This document shows, piece after piece, positions 27,800 to 41,363 of a stretch of 64,000 nucleotides of DNA. Under the pieces are notes generated by a model that was not told the origin of the DNA, ran no database searches, and saw only the letters and a program-made list of their open reading frames with translations. Source of the DNA: Raillietiella orientalis (lineage: Eukaryota). The stretch covers positions 3,534,001 through 3,598,000 of the forward strand of contig JAYWIR010000012.1 in NCBI GenBank assembly GCA_036172245.1, read 5' to 3'. The position numbers were made by a program, and so were the translations under genes. Positions within the stretch are counted from its first letter, which is position 1, and every line of letters starts with the position of its first letter.

Positions 27800-29450
27800 T
27801 CGTCGCTAACTCGGGAAAAGCCATGTGTTTTTCCTAGTCGGCTGTTTAGAGGAGAATCACTGCAGAAAGTACCTTTTCTTTAACCAACCGGATTATGAAG
27901 TATGGCAATTCAGCTGTGGCTGCAGCCATACTACACTCACGTCTTATATTACGGATTTATTGGAAATTCATTTCAAGATGGGTCCCACCCCGATTCGCAA
28001 TCAAAGACAGCATACAAAATGTTTGTTAACTTAAGACTCTCGAGCTTCTATAACATCTGCACATCTTGAAGCATCAGCAGGACAATTATTTCTGGTACCA
28101 CAGTAGTAAATGGGAAAATTCGAGAAGTTCGTGTCCCAGGATATTGATGGGGAAGGAAATTTCCTGGATTCAAGCGTCTAAGAGAGCTCTCGAAAAAGGG
28201 GGGAAGAAATTTTTTTTCCCTGTGTTTCGAAATGTGATGAGATGTGAAATCAGTATGTACAGAATGTGTGATTCTGCATGCCGCAAGGTTCGTGTTACAG
28301 CTTCTTCTGTGACGCATTCGGACGGTACAACCGTTGTGGTTTTTATTTGGATCAAAGTTTTTCCACACACGTGGTGGTTTCTTTCACGCAGCTTCACAGT
28401 TTTAGGAGAAAATGCCATGGATTTTGCAAAACTACAAATGAACTAAGCTGGGACTTTGGCTCTTCAACATCCTTCTTTACTCTCTTTCAATTTATAATCA
28501 TTAGAGTGAATCGCGCGGTATTCTTTGGTACATACAATATAAAGTGTATTTGCATTTCATAACCTGAAAAGTTGCCGACAGTGCTCTCAAGAAGCAGTAA
28601 ATAATTATATACTGATCGCAATGAGCGTTTTGAATGGACTTGGATGGAATGGTTCAAAATGCAAGGATCCACTTTCCAAAACCAAATTCTCAGTGTTGGG
28701 AACAAAATCGCATACAAATTCAAAGGGAACTCAGTCTGAGGGATAGGAAAGTCTTTAATTGATGAGCTGTCACGTGAACAATCGCTAATAAAAAATACGA
28801 GTAAAACACAAAACAGAAAGGATTCGTTTTTGTTAGTTAGCTTATATAGAAGGGAATCTTTATCGATAAAAGTTGCTGTTTCGTGCAGGAATATATCAGC
28901 ATCCAAGAATGAAAAAAATCTGCATCACTTTTCAACTAAAAACAAAAATGTGCCAAGTGACGAAAATAACCACAGAAGACGTGGTAGATTGAATCATCTA
29001 TCCCAAGTATCTTCTAGAAGCGATATGAATATCAATAACTCCGTCTTGTTTATTTGTTTTGGATGTGAAAAAAAAAAGCCATGATTAATTAGAATCTTCA
29101 TTATTAGCACATTTTCATAAAATGCAAAACTGACAAAGGCATACCGAGGATTCCTTTCTCCAGAAGAAAGCTCCATGAAATCGCAAAGCACCTGAAATTC
29201 AGGAATACCATCTCCAGATAATGCAGACGACTAATACGGTATGGTGAGGAACAGTTGGAAGCAGCCTCTGAAAGGATTGAAGGCATATACCTTATTGTGC
29301 ATGCTGAAGAAGCCTCACCTTAGGAAAAAATGTATTTCGTATGACGTCCATGTTGCTTTATAGAGTTGTGCTGTGTACGCCATACCCTAGGGACTAAATG
29401 GGCTCATACAGAGTTCGAGCAGTCATGGATGTCAAACTCCTTCATTTTGC
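27800..29450 (-). mobile_element. Decayed CR1/L2-like LINE remnant (ORF1 and AP endonuclease)
   Basis: Minus-strand motifs GIPE (ORF1-like), FLDADIFLHET and TVGNFSG (APE DI..L.ET and GDFN-like), with many stops. Confidence 0.35.
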
Positions 29451-29868
29451 TTATGATCTGTTGCTCGGATGTTGAATGATTGCATATCCCAATAAATATC
29501 TAAAAGATTTAATATAAATATGAGCATCTGAATGTTTCGGTAAAGACTTGGATGAGAGGCGGTAATTTCTGCACAGATGAAATGTGCGTTAGTATTGTAT
29601 ACTTTTCGACAACTGGCAACGAGTGTTGGTATTATGTTCCAAACACTTTATTTCGCTCAGTGAACTTATTTATTTTCAGTTGGTTGACCACTTTATTGTG
29701 GTTTGAACCACGTGTTCTTTCACGACATCGTATTTTCTTACCAAGAGTTCCTTCCAATCAGCGTACAAAGCACGTGATAGCGTTACAACTTTGGATGCCC
29801 CTTGATTAAATTGCCTCAAAACGGCTGTTAGAAATAATATGGCATTGTGCACAAAATTTTACGACTAC

Positions 29869-29946
29869 TACAGCAGGGTCCCGTATAACACGGAGTGTAC
29901 GTCTCTCCTTGTTAAACGAGTCCGCGTTATACGAGTCCGATTGGTA
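29869..29946. mobile_element. Miniature Tigger/pogo-type element consisting almost only of two TIRs, flanked by TA
   Basis: ta-cagcagggtcccgtataacacgga ... tccgcgttatacgagtccgattgg-ta; inverted core cgtataac(a/g)cgga. Confidence 0.6.
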
Positions 29947-30847
29947 ATGCATGAATAATATGATTGGATTTATAAAAAAAAAATAAAAAGAAAGTGTATC
30001 TTCAAAGGCTTTATAATAGTAGAATATACATTATTTCACTTTGAGACAAAAAGAGAAATTAAACCTACTTATTCGTTATTTAACTCAAAGTAAAGGGAAG
30101 CTCTCTTGGAATTCTCTTTCATATCAATCAATGCAGACAGTTTTACTTTCAGCTCGAGCGTACTCGTTGTCGACAAATGTACCCACAAACATTGGAATGG
30201 AATAGAATCCAATCTACTTAAATCATGTACCTTTATTCTTTTTTGAAAACACATGAGCAACAGCACACTGTGCAAAACAGGTTGTACAAGGCTGCCTTGC
30301 CTCACCGTACAAGGACTGCCGCCAACTTTTTGTGCCGACATGGAGAATCCGCTGCATGTTAACACGCATTGTACTAATAAGCGTTTTCTTTAAGTAACTT
30401 ATAATACAAAAATATTGGTCAATATTCTCACTGCGTTAATATTCAATTGCAGCGAAATGCCAAATGCGTATTTTCTTTTTTTTTTTTTTTTGATTGATAA
30501 AAAAATGTGATTGCAGATAAAACCAGAAAAATCTTTCAATCTTTCGAGAGTGGGTTCTTTGATGACCACGAATATTTATGGCATCGCAGTAAATTTATGT
30601 TTTTTTCGGCTCATTTCAATTAATTCCGAACCTCGGCATCATGGCATGTTGTTAGATGCGATTCAAACGAGCATATTTTTAACACAGAGATGTACAGTGC
30701 ACACGACGTACGACATGGTCATCTTTGACAAAAGAAACTTTTCGCATGAGCAGCCCTTGATATAGAGGACGTTTCAATTTTTCTATCATTCGATGATAGA
30801 AACTCTTTTCGACCGCGTTAAAGACGGGAAAAAATAAGGGAAATCCA

Positions 30848-32300
30848 TGAACTACTCAAATAAAAGGTCAGGTGTCTTACGTGAAATGGAAATGGGAACG
30901 AAGGTCAAAGTGCTGTGTGTTTTAAATGCAACGTGGATCAGTCAGCAATTTCGAAAATCGTGAAAAATGAAGAGAGCTAAAGAGAAGGCTACGTCGCCTC
31001 ACACCGTGATGTTCCGAAACACCTTAGAAGAGGATGGCGATCTCGAAATCTCCCGAAAGGGAACGAGCTTCACGTTCGTGGTTGAAAAACATCACCATCA
31101 CAGATGAAATCTTGAAAATGAAAGGCCAAGGAAGTTTATGTTCCGCTGGGATGTAATGGGGAATTTTGGGAAAGTGGTGGGTGGCTGAGCAACTTCAAAA
31201 AAAGACGTGGTATTCGCTTATGGACCACATCCAAGCACAGACTTTCGTGCAAAGCCTTGCAGGTTCCCGTTTTCTCGAAAAAATTTAAAGATATAGTTAA
31301 TGGAAACCAATATCTAATGGAGCAAGTCTGTAATTGTGACGAAACAGGGCTAGTGGGCAAAGGATTACCAAATGAAACGAATGTTCGTCGAAATGAAATA
31401 AAAGCCCCTGGAAGAAAAAATAGAAAGGAAAGGGTCACTTGAATGCCCTGTGTCAATGCCATGGGCAATCACTCTTAATGATGGAAGGCGGCTCGTCCAA
31501 GGTGCTTTAAAAATGTCCCGATTCCGCTATATTACCGGTCTTCCAAAAATGCCTGACCGGCGACAGATTGGTTTGGGGGAAGGGTTTTTTCGGGACAATT
31601 TATTCCCGAAGTGGCATCGTACCAGACGTGAAAAAAAAAAACTACCCTCCAAGGCTTTTGCTAATCGTTGACAACGCAACATTCCATGGGACAACTGGAA
31701 ATGAAAATGTCGAATTCTTGTTTTTGCCCCCGAATATGACCTTTTACCTGCAACCACCCAAGCATCGAAAGTAATCAACTCTTTTAAAGTTCGCTACCTC
31801 GAGCACCTCTTGACGACACGGGCACCTCGAAATGAGGGCGTTTCCTTAGCTTTAAATGGCATTACACTGAAAGATGTGGCAGTAGAGTCGTGGAATGAAA
31901 TTCCAAAGCTTTTAGGCATTTGTATTCATCAGCTGGAGAAATTGAGCTGAATTTACCGATCGGCTATTTTTCTGATGAAGATGACACATCCATTGCAACA
32001 CTATACAATTCCATAATAAGGGAAAATGTAGCAAGTGACTCTGAGGCTATGGAACCGGCGGAAGGAGTAACTGAATGAAATCATGCTCATGATCTGGATA
32101 CCATAATGAACGCTCCTATGGAGCATGCAGAAGAGGATTTAGGGGAGAGCAGGAGTGTTCCAAAGCTTGGAATTGACGAAGTTATTGACCACTCATTCAG
32201 ATTAGCTATCGAGTGGTCAGAAAGTGTCTGCCCCTTCCTGTTCGTGATGTTCGTCTCCTGAGATGAATACGGGAAAAAGCAATCGTGAAGAACCTTGAAT
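30848..32300 (+). mobile_element. Degenerate Tigger/pogo (CENP-B/DDE_1) transposase
   Basis: SGGWLSNFKKRRGIR, QVCNCDETGL, APGRKNRKERVT, LLIVDNATFH, VEFLFLPPNMTFYLQP; frameshifts and stops. Confidence 0.9.
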
Positions 32301-33904
32301 AAAATTTTATATCGTGCCGTCATCATCATTTACTATACACAGTATCATTATTTTCACTTCTATCATGTTGCTAAATTTGTTCATTTGATTATAAAAATTC
32401 TTATTACTGTTCAACACTCTGGTTTCTTTTATTTAATTATCCAAAATGATTTTTTTTTTTTTTATTTCGACTACTCATCTCGATACAATCAACAACATGG
32501 AGGCAGCAAACAACATTTTCAACATTTCGATTCCAGCAAAGGTGACCGAATATCGAATGCGCACTGTAATTTGAAAAATCTTCATCGGGAGGCTGAAGAA
32601 TGAAGACAATGTTGGCAATGCACAAAATTAATTGATCACCTTTCGTCGAAGAATGCTCTTTCTTTTTCCTGATACTCCTAATTCAATTATCATTTACGAT
32701 TTTCAGCGAGTGATGCTTTGTTTTCGTTTCCGTGAGTACACAGAACTGGACACTTTTCCATACTTCACAGCAGCGAGATATCCTTCCCCCAATTAATTAA
32801 TTTTAATATTCTTAATTAAAAGGTAATATATTATATATTAATAAGTCCCAAGTCATTTCACAAAAAAAACGCCTACTTATTCTGAATATCAATGAGGTAG
32901 TTCAGGTTTTCCCAGACAGATCTATACGGAGATATATACTGCAGGACGGAAAGCATGAAGACTTCAGCTGATATCTCTGGAGGACTCCGTGAAAACAAAA
33001 AAAATGACTCATTTGTGTTGACGTGGTTCATGGAAAGTTTATCGAATATGAATCCATGTTACTAAAACTAGCGTAAAAGTAGAAAAAAGGATTCTGCAAC
33101 AGAAAAACTCAAGTCATGTCAGTGTACCGTTCTTAAGTATGTCTAACTCCATTTGAAATTACTCCATTCCTAATGAAATTACTGGAGTAATGTCATTAGG
33201 AATTCTCTAAAGTAATGTTGTTTTCACCTGTTTTGTGCGCTGACTGGAACTTTTAGTAAGAAAATGTGATTTCTTGAGGTAACACATGGTTCGATGCCAC
33301 AAAATGACGCAAAGCACATGCAATGCCCATCACCTCTACTATCCAAAGCGATATGAGTTGCAGCCTTTGTGACTGCCTAAGAATTGTAAGCAGTGCTGAT
33401 ATTCCGATGAATACAGGATGTACACAAATCGGAAAATTTGCGTTTTGTGCAACTGTGCAGCTATTGGGGCGTGACTGTTGAGGAGGGAAACTTCTGGGGA
33501 TCAAAGGAGGCAATGAGTGCCTTTTATGAAACCATGAGCTTTTGAAATCCTTAGCCTTTGTACACGCCATTTGCTTTGGCTCCAGAACAGCAGCAGAACT
33601 GCAGAATAAAAAAAAAGAACAAAGATCAGAGTATCTTTTGAAGGCAAACCAACGAACGCATGCAGTGAGGAGAGTACACGTGCAGCGTGGAGTTTGCTGT
33701 GGAGTAAAGACATGAAGGGAAACAACGGCGTAGCAACGCCGAGGAAAACAAGTGATGGATTGCAGGCTTCACAGTCATATGTATCCTTTATCCAGATGGA
33801 ATCCTAAGAAAACCTTGCATTCTACAGAATTGACAAGTAGTAAATCGAAATGAGACAAGCACATTCGATCATCCACGCATACTTTGGTAAGCTCCTAAAA
33901 CAGT

Positions 33905-33942
<38 letters not shown>

Positions 33943-33949
33943 TGGAGAA

Positions 33950-34350
33950 ATGTTGCAGCGTTCAGATGTAGGGATCTTGGCAGTCACGAAATGTAAGAGC
34001 AAGAGATGCACTCCGAAGAGGAATAACTGATGAAGTCTAATGCGTGACTGAACAACAAAGTTGTCGGATCATGCATATCTTCATTGCCTTTCTCTTTTAC
34101 TTAGAGAATCGTGAACGGAACCGTGTCTCTGCATAAACTGTAATGTTTACGTGCCACACCGGGCTCCAAGCAACAATCCTAAGATGTCCAAGAATATTGA
34201 ACTCGGTTTCAGTAAAACAAGAGAGTCTCCATGCTGCTCTCCAAGGTGTTTCCCATAATAAAGAATTTCTGTGAACCACCGATCGATGAAGGACCCATCC
34301 GCTTTAATCTCATGGCTTTCTGATGTGCGTAAGGAAACAAAAAAAGCATC
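33950..34350 (-). mobile_element. Decayed LINE AP-endonuclease fragment
   Basis: LSCFTETEFNILGH...ITVYA resembles the APE N-terminal C.TET...EF.I.GY...YV pattern. Confidence 0.35.
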
Positions 34351-36405
34351 GGGTTTAGTTTAACAAAAACCCGAGGGTCTTTTTTTTTTTTTTCTTTGGC
34401 TTCGATCAATTTCGACCATCAAGCTGCTATGCTTCGAAGCATATACACTAAAACATTCCTATTCAGATCGTATTCGGGGAAATGAAGTGCTTTCTGAATC
34501 CTTTCTGAATACAGAGAGCAAAACGGAACTGGAAGGAAACTGTGTCATGCGACATCAGCCTTCGTTACCATTGGTTAAAATATTCTTCATTTCCTATTTT
34601 GCAACAAAATGCACCATCGAAATGCTTTACAGTGCTGGATGTTATGCAATCCTCTAACTCATCTGTTATTCACCTACTACTATAAAATTTGATTTCCAGT
34701 GTAATGCATTAATTCAAGATGCCACCTGTTGGCAAAAAAAGGCAAAGCTACTTTTCTTTTTTTTTTCTTTTTTGTTTGTTTGTAGGACCTCGCCTTTTTA
34801 CTGCGCCTTCCACGCGTTTGTCGAGCTTTCATGTAGAAGCTGTTTGATGTACACTTTCTGGGGGGGAAATCACAAAAATCAACTCTTAGGTTGTTTTCGC
34901 TTATGAGATAAAAGTACGGAAATTGAGAGTTAGGGATTTCAACCGTCTCATCAGGACATTTCTTTTAATTCCAAGAGGGTAAACGTTTGAACGTTCTGAA
35001 GTTGTGTCGTTACTTCCAGTCAAGCTTGACGAAGCAATTACAGGGGAAGTTCTTTGAAACACGAATTCAGAATATCCAGATCCAGGTATTCTTAAATCGA
35101 TAATCATTCGCCGCTCATTATTAATTAGCTTCATTATTTATGTTGGCAGCATCGCCCACCAACATTATTAAAACCAACACACCCAATAACTGTTATACTT
35201 GTTCGTTTATAGCCCTACTAAACCTTGATATCTACTTTGGTAAATTGGGTGCACACATTAAGCAGAGGTTTGTTACGATTTTCTCAAATGCTTGTCATCG
35301 TAGTTTATGCATTTTAGTTACACATACATGAGTCATTCGTTGCACTTACTTAACATAGCCTTGAATGCACTTGAGATTCCTATGTCAAGCCAACAGCTCT
35401 GATACATAATGTATGAAACAAGATCGATTCGGAGGCTTAGGATTTGCAATTCTCCACATAAATGTGATCCAAATGTGACTGAGACCATTCGAAATTTATG
35501 CGATCAGAATTTACTCTCAAACAAATACTATCGTGAAACCAAAGTGCCTAAAGCAAAGGCATTTTCTCATGGATAATATTTAGGTGCATTTGTGCTGCAA
35601 AATTCAGTAGTTATTATTAAAAGTGCACACAACGGTGTATCTCAAACATATTAAGAGTCCCTTTCTCACTGACTGCCAGTATGGTGTCCGCTGACAAAAA
35701 AAATGCTTGTATAATATGAAATAAGAACCCACTCAGTAAGATCAACACAGCATCAGTACCACATATAAATATCCGAATATAATTATGGCCTAATGCCTAA
35801 GATACCTCAAAGCAAAGCAAAACAAAATCAGTCAACTTTCTTGATTAAAGTGCGAAAAAGGTAATTTGGAATAGACTTATATGAGATGTTGATAATACAG
35901 GTGACTAGATCATTTTCTTCACTCGCCTCTCAATCTGTGCATCTTAATTTCCCAAACTGTCATCAGAAAAATAGTTAGGTAAATCATTCTATTAGTTATG
36001 TGCAGAAAAAATATAAACTTTTTGTAGAAAGATGCTGGAGCTACTTCTTTTGCAGCTCTTAATGGTAAGAATCAACAAGAAACTGAAATCTCCAGACAAT
36101 GAGCTCTTTGTTTCTTTGTCTATTTGTAAATCACACTTTGACTTATATGCATCTTAGGCTGCTGATTGCATTTTTAAATCTATTTATTAATGCTTTCACT
36201 CCATGAAATTAAATGTATGGAAAACTAAAACCCATACACTTTTCCATGCCCTAAAGGAGCAACTGAGAGAAGTACAAGCCAAAAACAGTTGGAAGATTTC
36301 ATACAAAATTTTATTTCAGAAATGTTTGGTTTTTCTTATCCTTGGGATGAACCTAGCTCTACAAATGACACTATTCATTTAATTTACAATTGCATAATTG
36401 CATTA

Positions 36406-37154
36406 CTATTTGCATGCTAAGATAGTGGATTTCAGCTTTGTGTCATTAGCACCAGAGAATTCCTGTAACTAAATTCAAGCTTTATTTACAATGGCTTTAT
36501 TTATAATCACTTTACCTTTTGTTTATTTTTGAAGAAGACAAATGTAGGTAAAACTGTAATTCCATACTCTCCTGCTGCACATTCACATTCATCGACATCC
36601 ACTTTGATAAACACTACATCGGTGTGGATACCGGCAAGTTCCTACTCACAGCATGAAACAATTGTATCAAACTATAAATAAAATCCAGTATTCCAGATTG
36701 TAAAAAATAAAAATTGTGCACGCAAACTCCTCTCGGGAATACAAGACTAATCGATCAAGGACAAAGAACTTTTTGTTCTAACAAATTTGTCCTTTATCTT
36801 CAAAATACACATACAAAGGTAAAAATGTGACAATCTACCTTGAAAAGTGGCTCGATTTGTTTGCAGGGACCGCACCAGTGTGCAGAAAAGTCGACTACCA
36901 CCAACTTATCTCCGGCACTCTCAAGAAGTTTACTCAACACTTCCTAGTCAAGCAAAAGTCTGTGTTAATTATCATTTTTCAAACCGGTAACCGAACACTA
37001 CAAACCACGAAAACTTAAAACGGAAAATCATTGCTGAATCAATTTGAAACTTATTTACTCTCTACAACAATATAAGGACGATACTGATTACAAAGATTCG
37101 GAAGCTAAACAATCGAATTATGATTCTTACATCCTTCTGCAGATGATGCACCAT
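36406..37154 (-). CDS. TXN: Thioredoxin, 105 aa, four exons
   Basis: Exons 37154-37131 (MVHHLQKD), 36943-36839 ([35 protein letters not shown]), 36641-36516 ([42 protein letters not shown]), 36468-36406 ([20 protein letters not shown]). WCGPC active site; GT-AG phase-0 introns. Confidence 0.97.
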
Positions 37155-40100
37155 GGTAACAACAGGCAAGATCCCACCGGTCCGGACACTTCGCACGCCA
37201 ACAGAAAACTTGCGTAAAAAATGAAAGGTTCCTTCGATCCTACATTCTTTTTTGTATGACGTCAGCATTCTAGATGACGTCAAATTCTAATGGTCACAAC
37301 GTCATGCTCAACCTGATTCGAACCCTTATTATCTTAAAATAGTTAACCTTGCAATAAGTACTTAATCGCTGTAACAATAATTAAAGGTAGTTGATAATCA
37401 TAAGTTATTGTTTTACCAATCATTTCGATAGGATGTAAATGTTATTCAAATTTAATTTCAATTATTTAAACCCAATCAGAGAAGTTACAGAACATATAAT
37501 ACATCCTGAAAAGAGTTCAAACCACAAGATAATGAAAAATAGTTTTGAAATATGGTTAAGTGATCAATAATTTATGTATCCATGATCATTAGCACTTATT
37601 TTGAGAAAACTGAGGTCAAAGTTCCATGGTTGAGAGCTGGTAAAGTTGAGATGTGATAGCAAAGCATCCATTAAACCATAAAATAATACGTTGTAAACTT
37701 ATTTGATTTCACAAATACGATACACAATAGCAATCGAAAAAATTTGAACGCAATCTCCTCCTAAAGGTTTTCCCTAGTAATACGGGTTTTAATAAAAATT
37801 TGGAGAAACCGATGGAAGGTACTGCATTCTACAGCTCTTTTTTTAAATAAAACTTTTGAGGACAAAATCGAGAAGATATGATTCGAATTCGAAGAGCTCA
37901 ACATTTCAGATAGAAAATACAAAAAAGTAATCTTTAAAATTTTGAGCTAAACTGATAACATTCATATAGATAAATTACGATCACATTGCTTTCATAGTTA
38001 GCAAGTTTATTTCATAATGTGATGTGTTGCTTGTTTCATGAATCTGAAATTGAATCTGAATGGATCATCTCATACAAACAACGCAAATCAAAAAAAAAAT
38101 TACTCTATGATTCTGATTACAACTACGATATGGATCAAATAATTTAACAAAAAACGAGGTTTCGAAAGTGCAAAGTGATAAAGGATTCGTATACATAAGT
38201 TCATAATGAGAATACCATTAAGAAAGAGGGGAAAAAAAGCAACTCTCAGATGTAAAGACGTACCTTTATCAAGTGAAGAATCGTCTGAAAAAAGGAAATC
38301 CACCGAAACCCAAGAGGAGCAGTTTGGCGGTAAAGTAACGTATCTTTTATAGAATTTTGGGTCTTTTGTAGAGTTTTTTTTTTTTTTTTGCAATTTTAGG
38401 AAACCCCAAAGTATTTAAGCAGTGTCGGTACCATATCAAAATTATTCTTCTTTTGGAGAACTATATCAATAAACGATTTACATGATTACAAGAAGTTTCT
38501 CTTCACATTTCATTCTCAATATGCATTCTTAACTCTGGACAGTTGGTTTTTTGATATCCGCGGGTTCTCCAAATTTACCCATGAAACCCATTTTCATCTT
38601 CCTTGTGTGTTCCTCTGTTTTTATTGAAAAGGTAGAAGCTCAGTTACGGGTATTATAGCCTTTCCTTTTGTCTCCTGCTTATTTAGTAAATTCTTAGTAC
38701 TTATGGTGCTGCATTATAGGAAAGATTGTTGTTATTATTTTAGATTATTAGAATAGTTGACTCTATCAAGTTCACTGATCATTTTCTGTTTGTTAATGCC
38801 CCAATTAATTTTCAAGGAATTTCTGAATAAGAATCTTAATAATGACATCTGTTTTCACGTGCTGGCTTCAAAGATGTTAAAGAATCAGCCGTTTTATCGT
38901 TAAAATTCACATTTGCCAATAATTTAGGCAAAAAATGTTTGTGTTTTTTGGAAACCGCTCATTTGAAATCATTCCTATTTAATCGTTGTCTTCCGAATCG
39001 ATAAGCGATACATTTTTAAATGTTTTGTATGCGGTTTTTCAACCATCACTGGAAATGTTTATAATTTTGAGTTAAATTGTAATTAACTATAGAAATATAA
39101 GTTTCCCTTTATATTAATAAAAATTCATTACTCTGACATATTTTAATAAATAATATAAAGTTGTAAGTATTAATCCTAATTGCATATTTTGCCAAATTAT
39201 AGCTTATGATTTCACTCAGAATATGCCTTTGCAATGAAGCGTTTTTTTTTTTTTGTTTTGTTTTTTTTTTTTTGTTGTTTTGCATATAGCTATCAAAAAA
39301 AACAAAATAAGGAAACGTTGATGAACAACAAATGAGCAATCATTGCGTTAAAGATGCAATCAATGTACTATTTTGCCATAGTGATTCATCAACCATTAGC
39401 GAATTCCAAATTCTGGAAGTTTGCTTAATAATCAAAAATTAGAGATCAGAGTTTTATTCATGTTTTCCGAAGTGATTCAATATTTTTTGGACAATATTGT
39501 TTTTATACTTTATGCACACCACAGGTTTATTTAAGGATGATGCTTGGAAATGCTTTTAAATTTGAGTGAAGGAATTCTTTTATTCTGCATATTCTGTACA
39601 TACTTGAAAAATTTCTGTGCAAATGTATGTGCACGTAAGGAAATTGTACACACACACATACGTGTTTGTATGTATGTATGATACTTATGTTTCTGTATGT
39701 GTGCAAGTATATTTGATGAATATAGACATTTGGCAGCTGTAAGGAGGTTGGTGGAAATTGGTGTCTTGATAATGATTACAACATAGAGTATGCACAAGAA
39801 ATGCACACTAACATAAGCTATATTGCAAGATTGATAGCGACTCATCTGGTATTCGGTATTTTGGTAATGAAATTAAGGTGATTATTGCTTAAGGGTGTAA
39901 CTTAAGTTGTTGTGCTTATGGCAGTAATAGCATTAGCCTCTGGGCAGTCGTGAAGATTTAGATGTAACTGGTTTCTTGTAAACTAGTGGGATTTTACTTG
40001 TTAAGAATGGATTCATTACAATTATAAATTCACATATATTTTCAGGTTCTTATGTGAGAATTAAAATTTGCATTTGAGTGATGCAGTTAGAAATCATGGA

Positions 40101-41363
40101 GACTTGGTTGATCATTTTTAATCATTTTGTACATTTGAGTACGAGGTTATTCATATTGAACTCAGGGACTTGGAGATATTTATGTAATAGATGAATAAAT
40201 TGATTTTAATATGCAAGTGAGATTATTATTTTAAAAGAAACTAAATAGGGGTTTCCAAACCTGACTTGTTTGGAAGTTGTAGTGATTCCTGATGTAATGT
40301 CATGGAATTTACTATTTGTTGTCAACACAAAGCACCCCATAATTAACAATATTACTCTTAATGAGTACATTCCTTGACTATATAAACAAGCATGCTTGCT
40401 TAGAAAGTGAAATAAATGTCATGAAAATTATTCATGATGAAGTGAATAACTAGGTGTGCATTATCTAAATTAATGGTATAGACAGTATGATAGATAGGTG
40501 GAATTCAGATATGTTTTCTAGTGATTCAATGGTATGGTAAATTCTTCTAGCATTGAGGAATAAATTTTGTATCAAAAATCACATGAAGTAGTAGATAGTT
40601 CTGTAACTATATTTTGTATATGATGGTATTTTGAATTGCAACTTGTTCAGTATCTCCTAATATGTTTATGTACTTAATGCTAATTAGTAAACCTAGATGG
40701 AGGCCTCAGTGCAATGAATAAGTGCTCCATTTAAATTTAAAGGTTTTTCAAAAACATTGTTGCCTTGTTAATTATGGATTACTTGTGGTGTATAAATTAA
40801 CACTTATCAATATCTTTTCGATAACAGTTGTGTTCGAGCTTATTATATTTAAAATGGTTCGAAATTCCCTTATTTTAAGTTAAATTTATCACATTTTTTG
40901 AAAATTTCGTTTTCAGATCTTCAATTTATGCTTGTAGTGTATTTGTGATTTCTTATTATCTGCAGTGCTATAAATGCCTATAATAATATGATGATGTCGA
41001 ACTTTTTGAGATGTTCGACATGTAGTACTGTGTCTTCATCTCAAAGTACAGTTGAATGCCCTTAATTGAATTCAAGCTTATAAAGCATATGAACAAGTAT
41101 ACTTTTATTATTGTGCGATAACTGCACTCTTAAATTTATGCTTATTCATATTGCTTAGGCACACAGTGTTATGTTTTGATTTTATTTATTGTATAATGTT
41201 GTCATTCATGAATGAACAATTTGTAAACTATTTGTAATGGATGTTAATGTTTAAGAAATTTCTTTGCAAGTGGTAACTATGGTGCAATAGTTATGAACCA
41301 CTGTCAGATTTTCGTTTCTTCAAACATGTATAGGTATTTTTCTAGGAATTGGCTGTGTAAATC

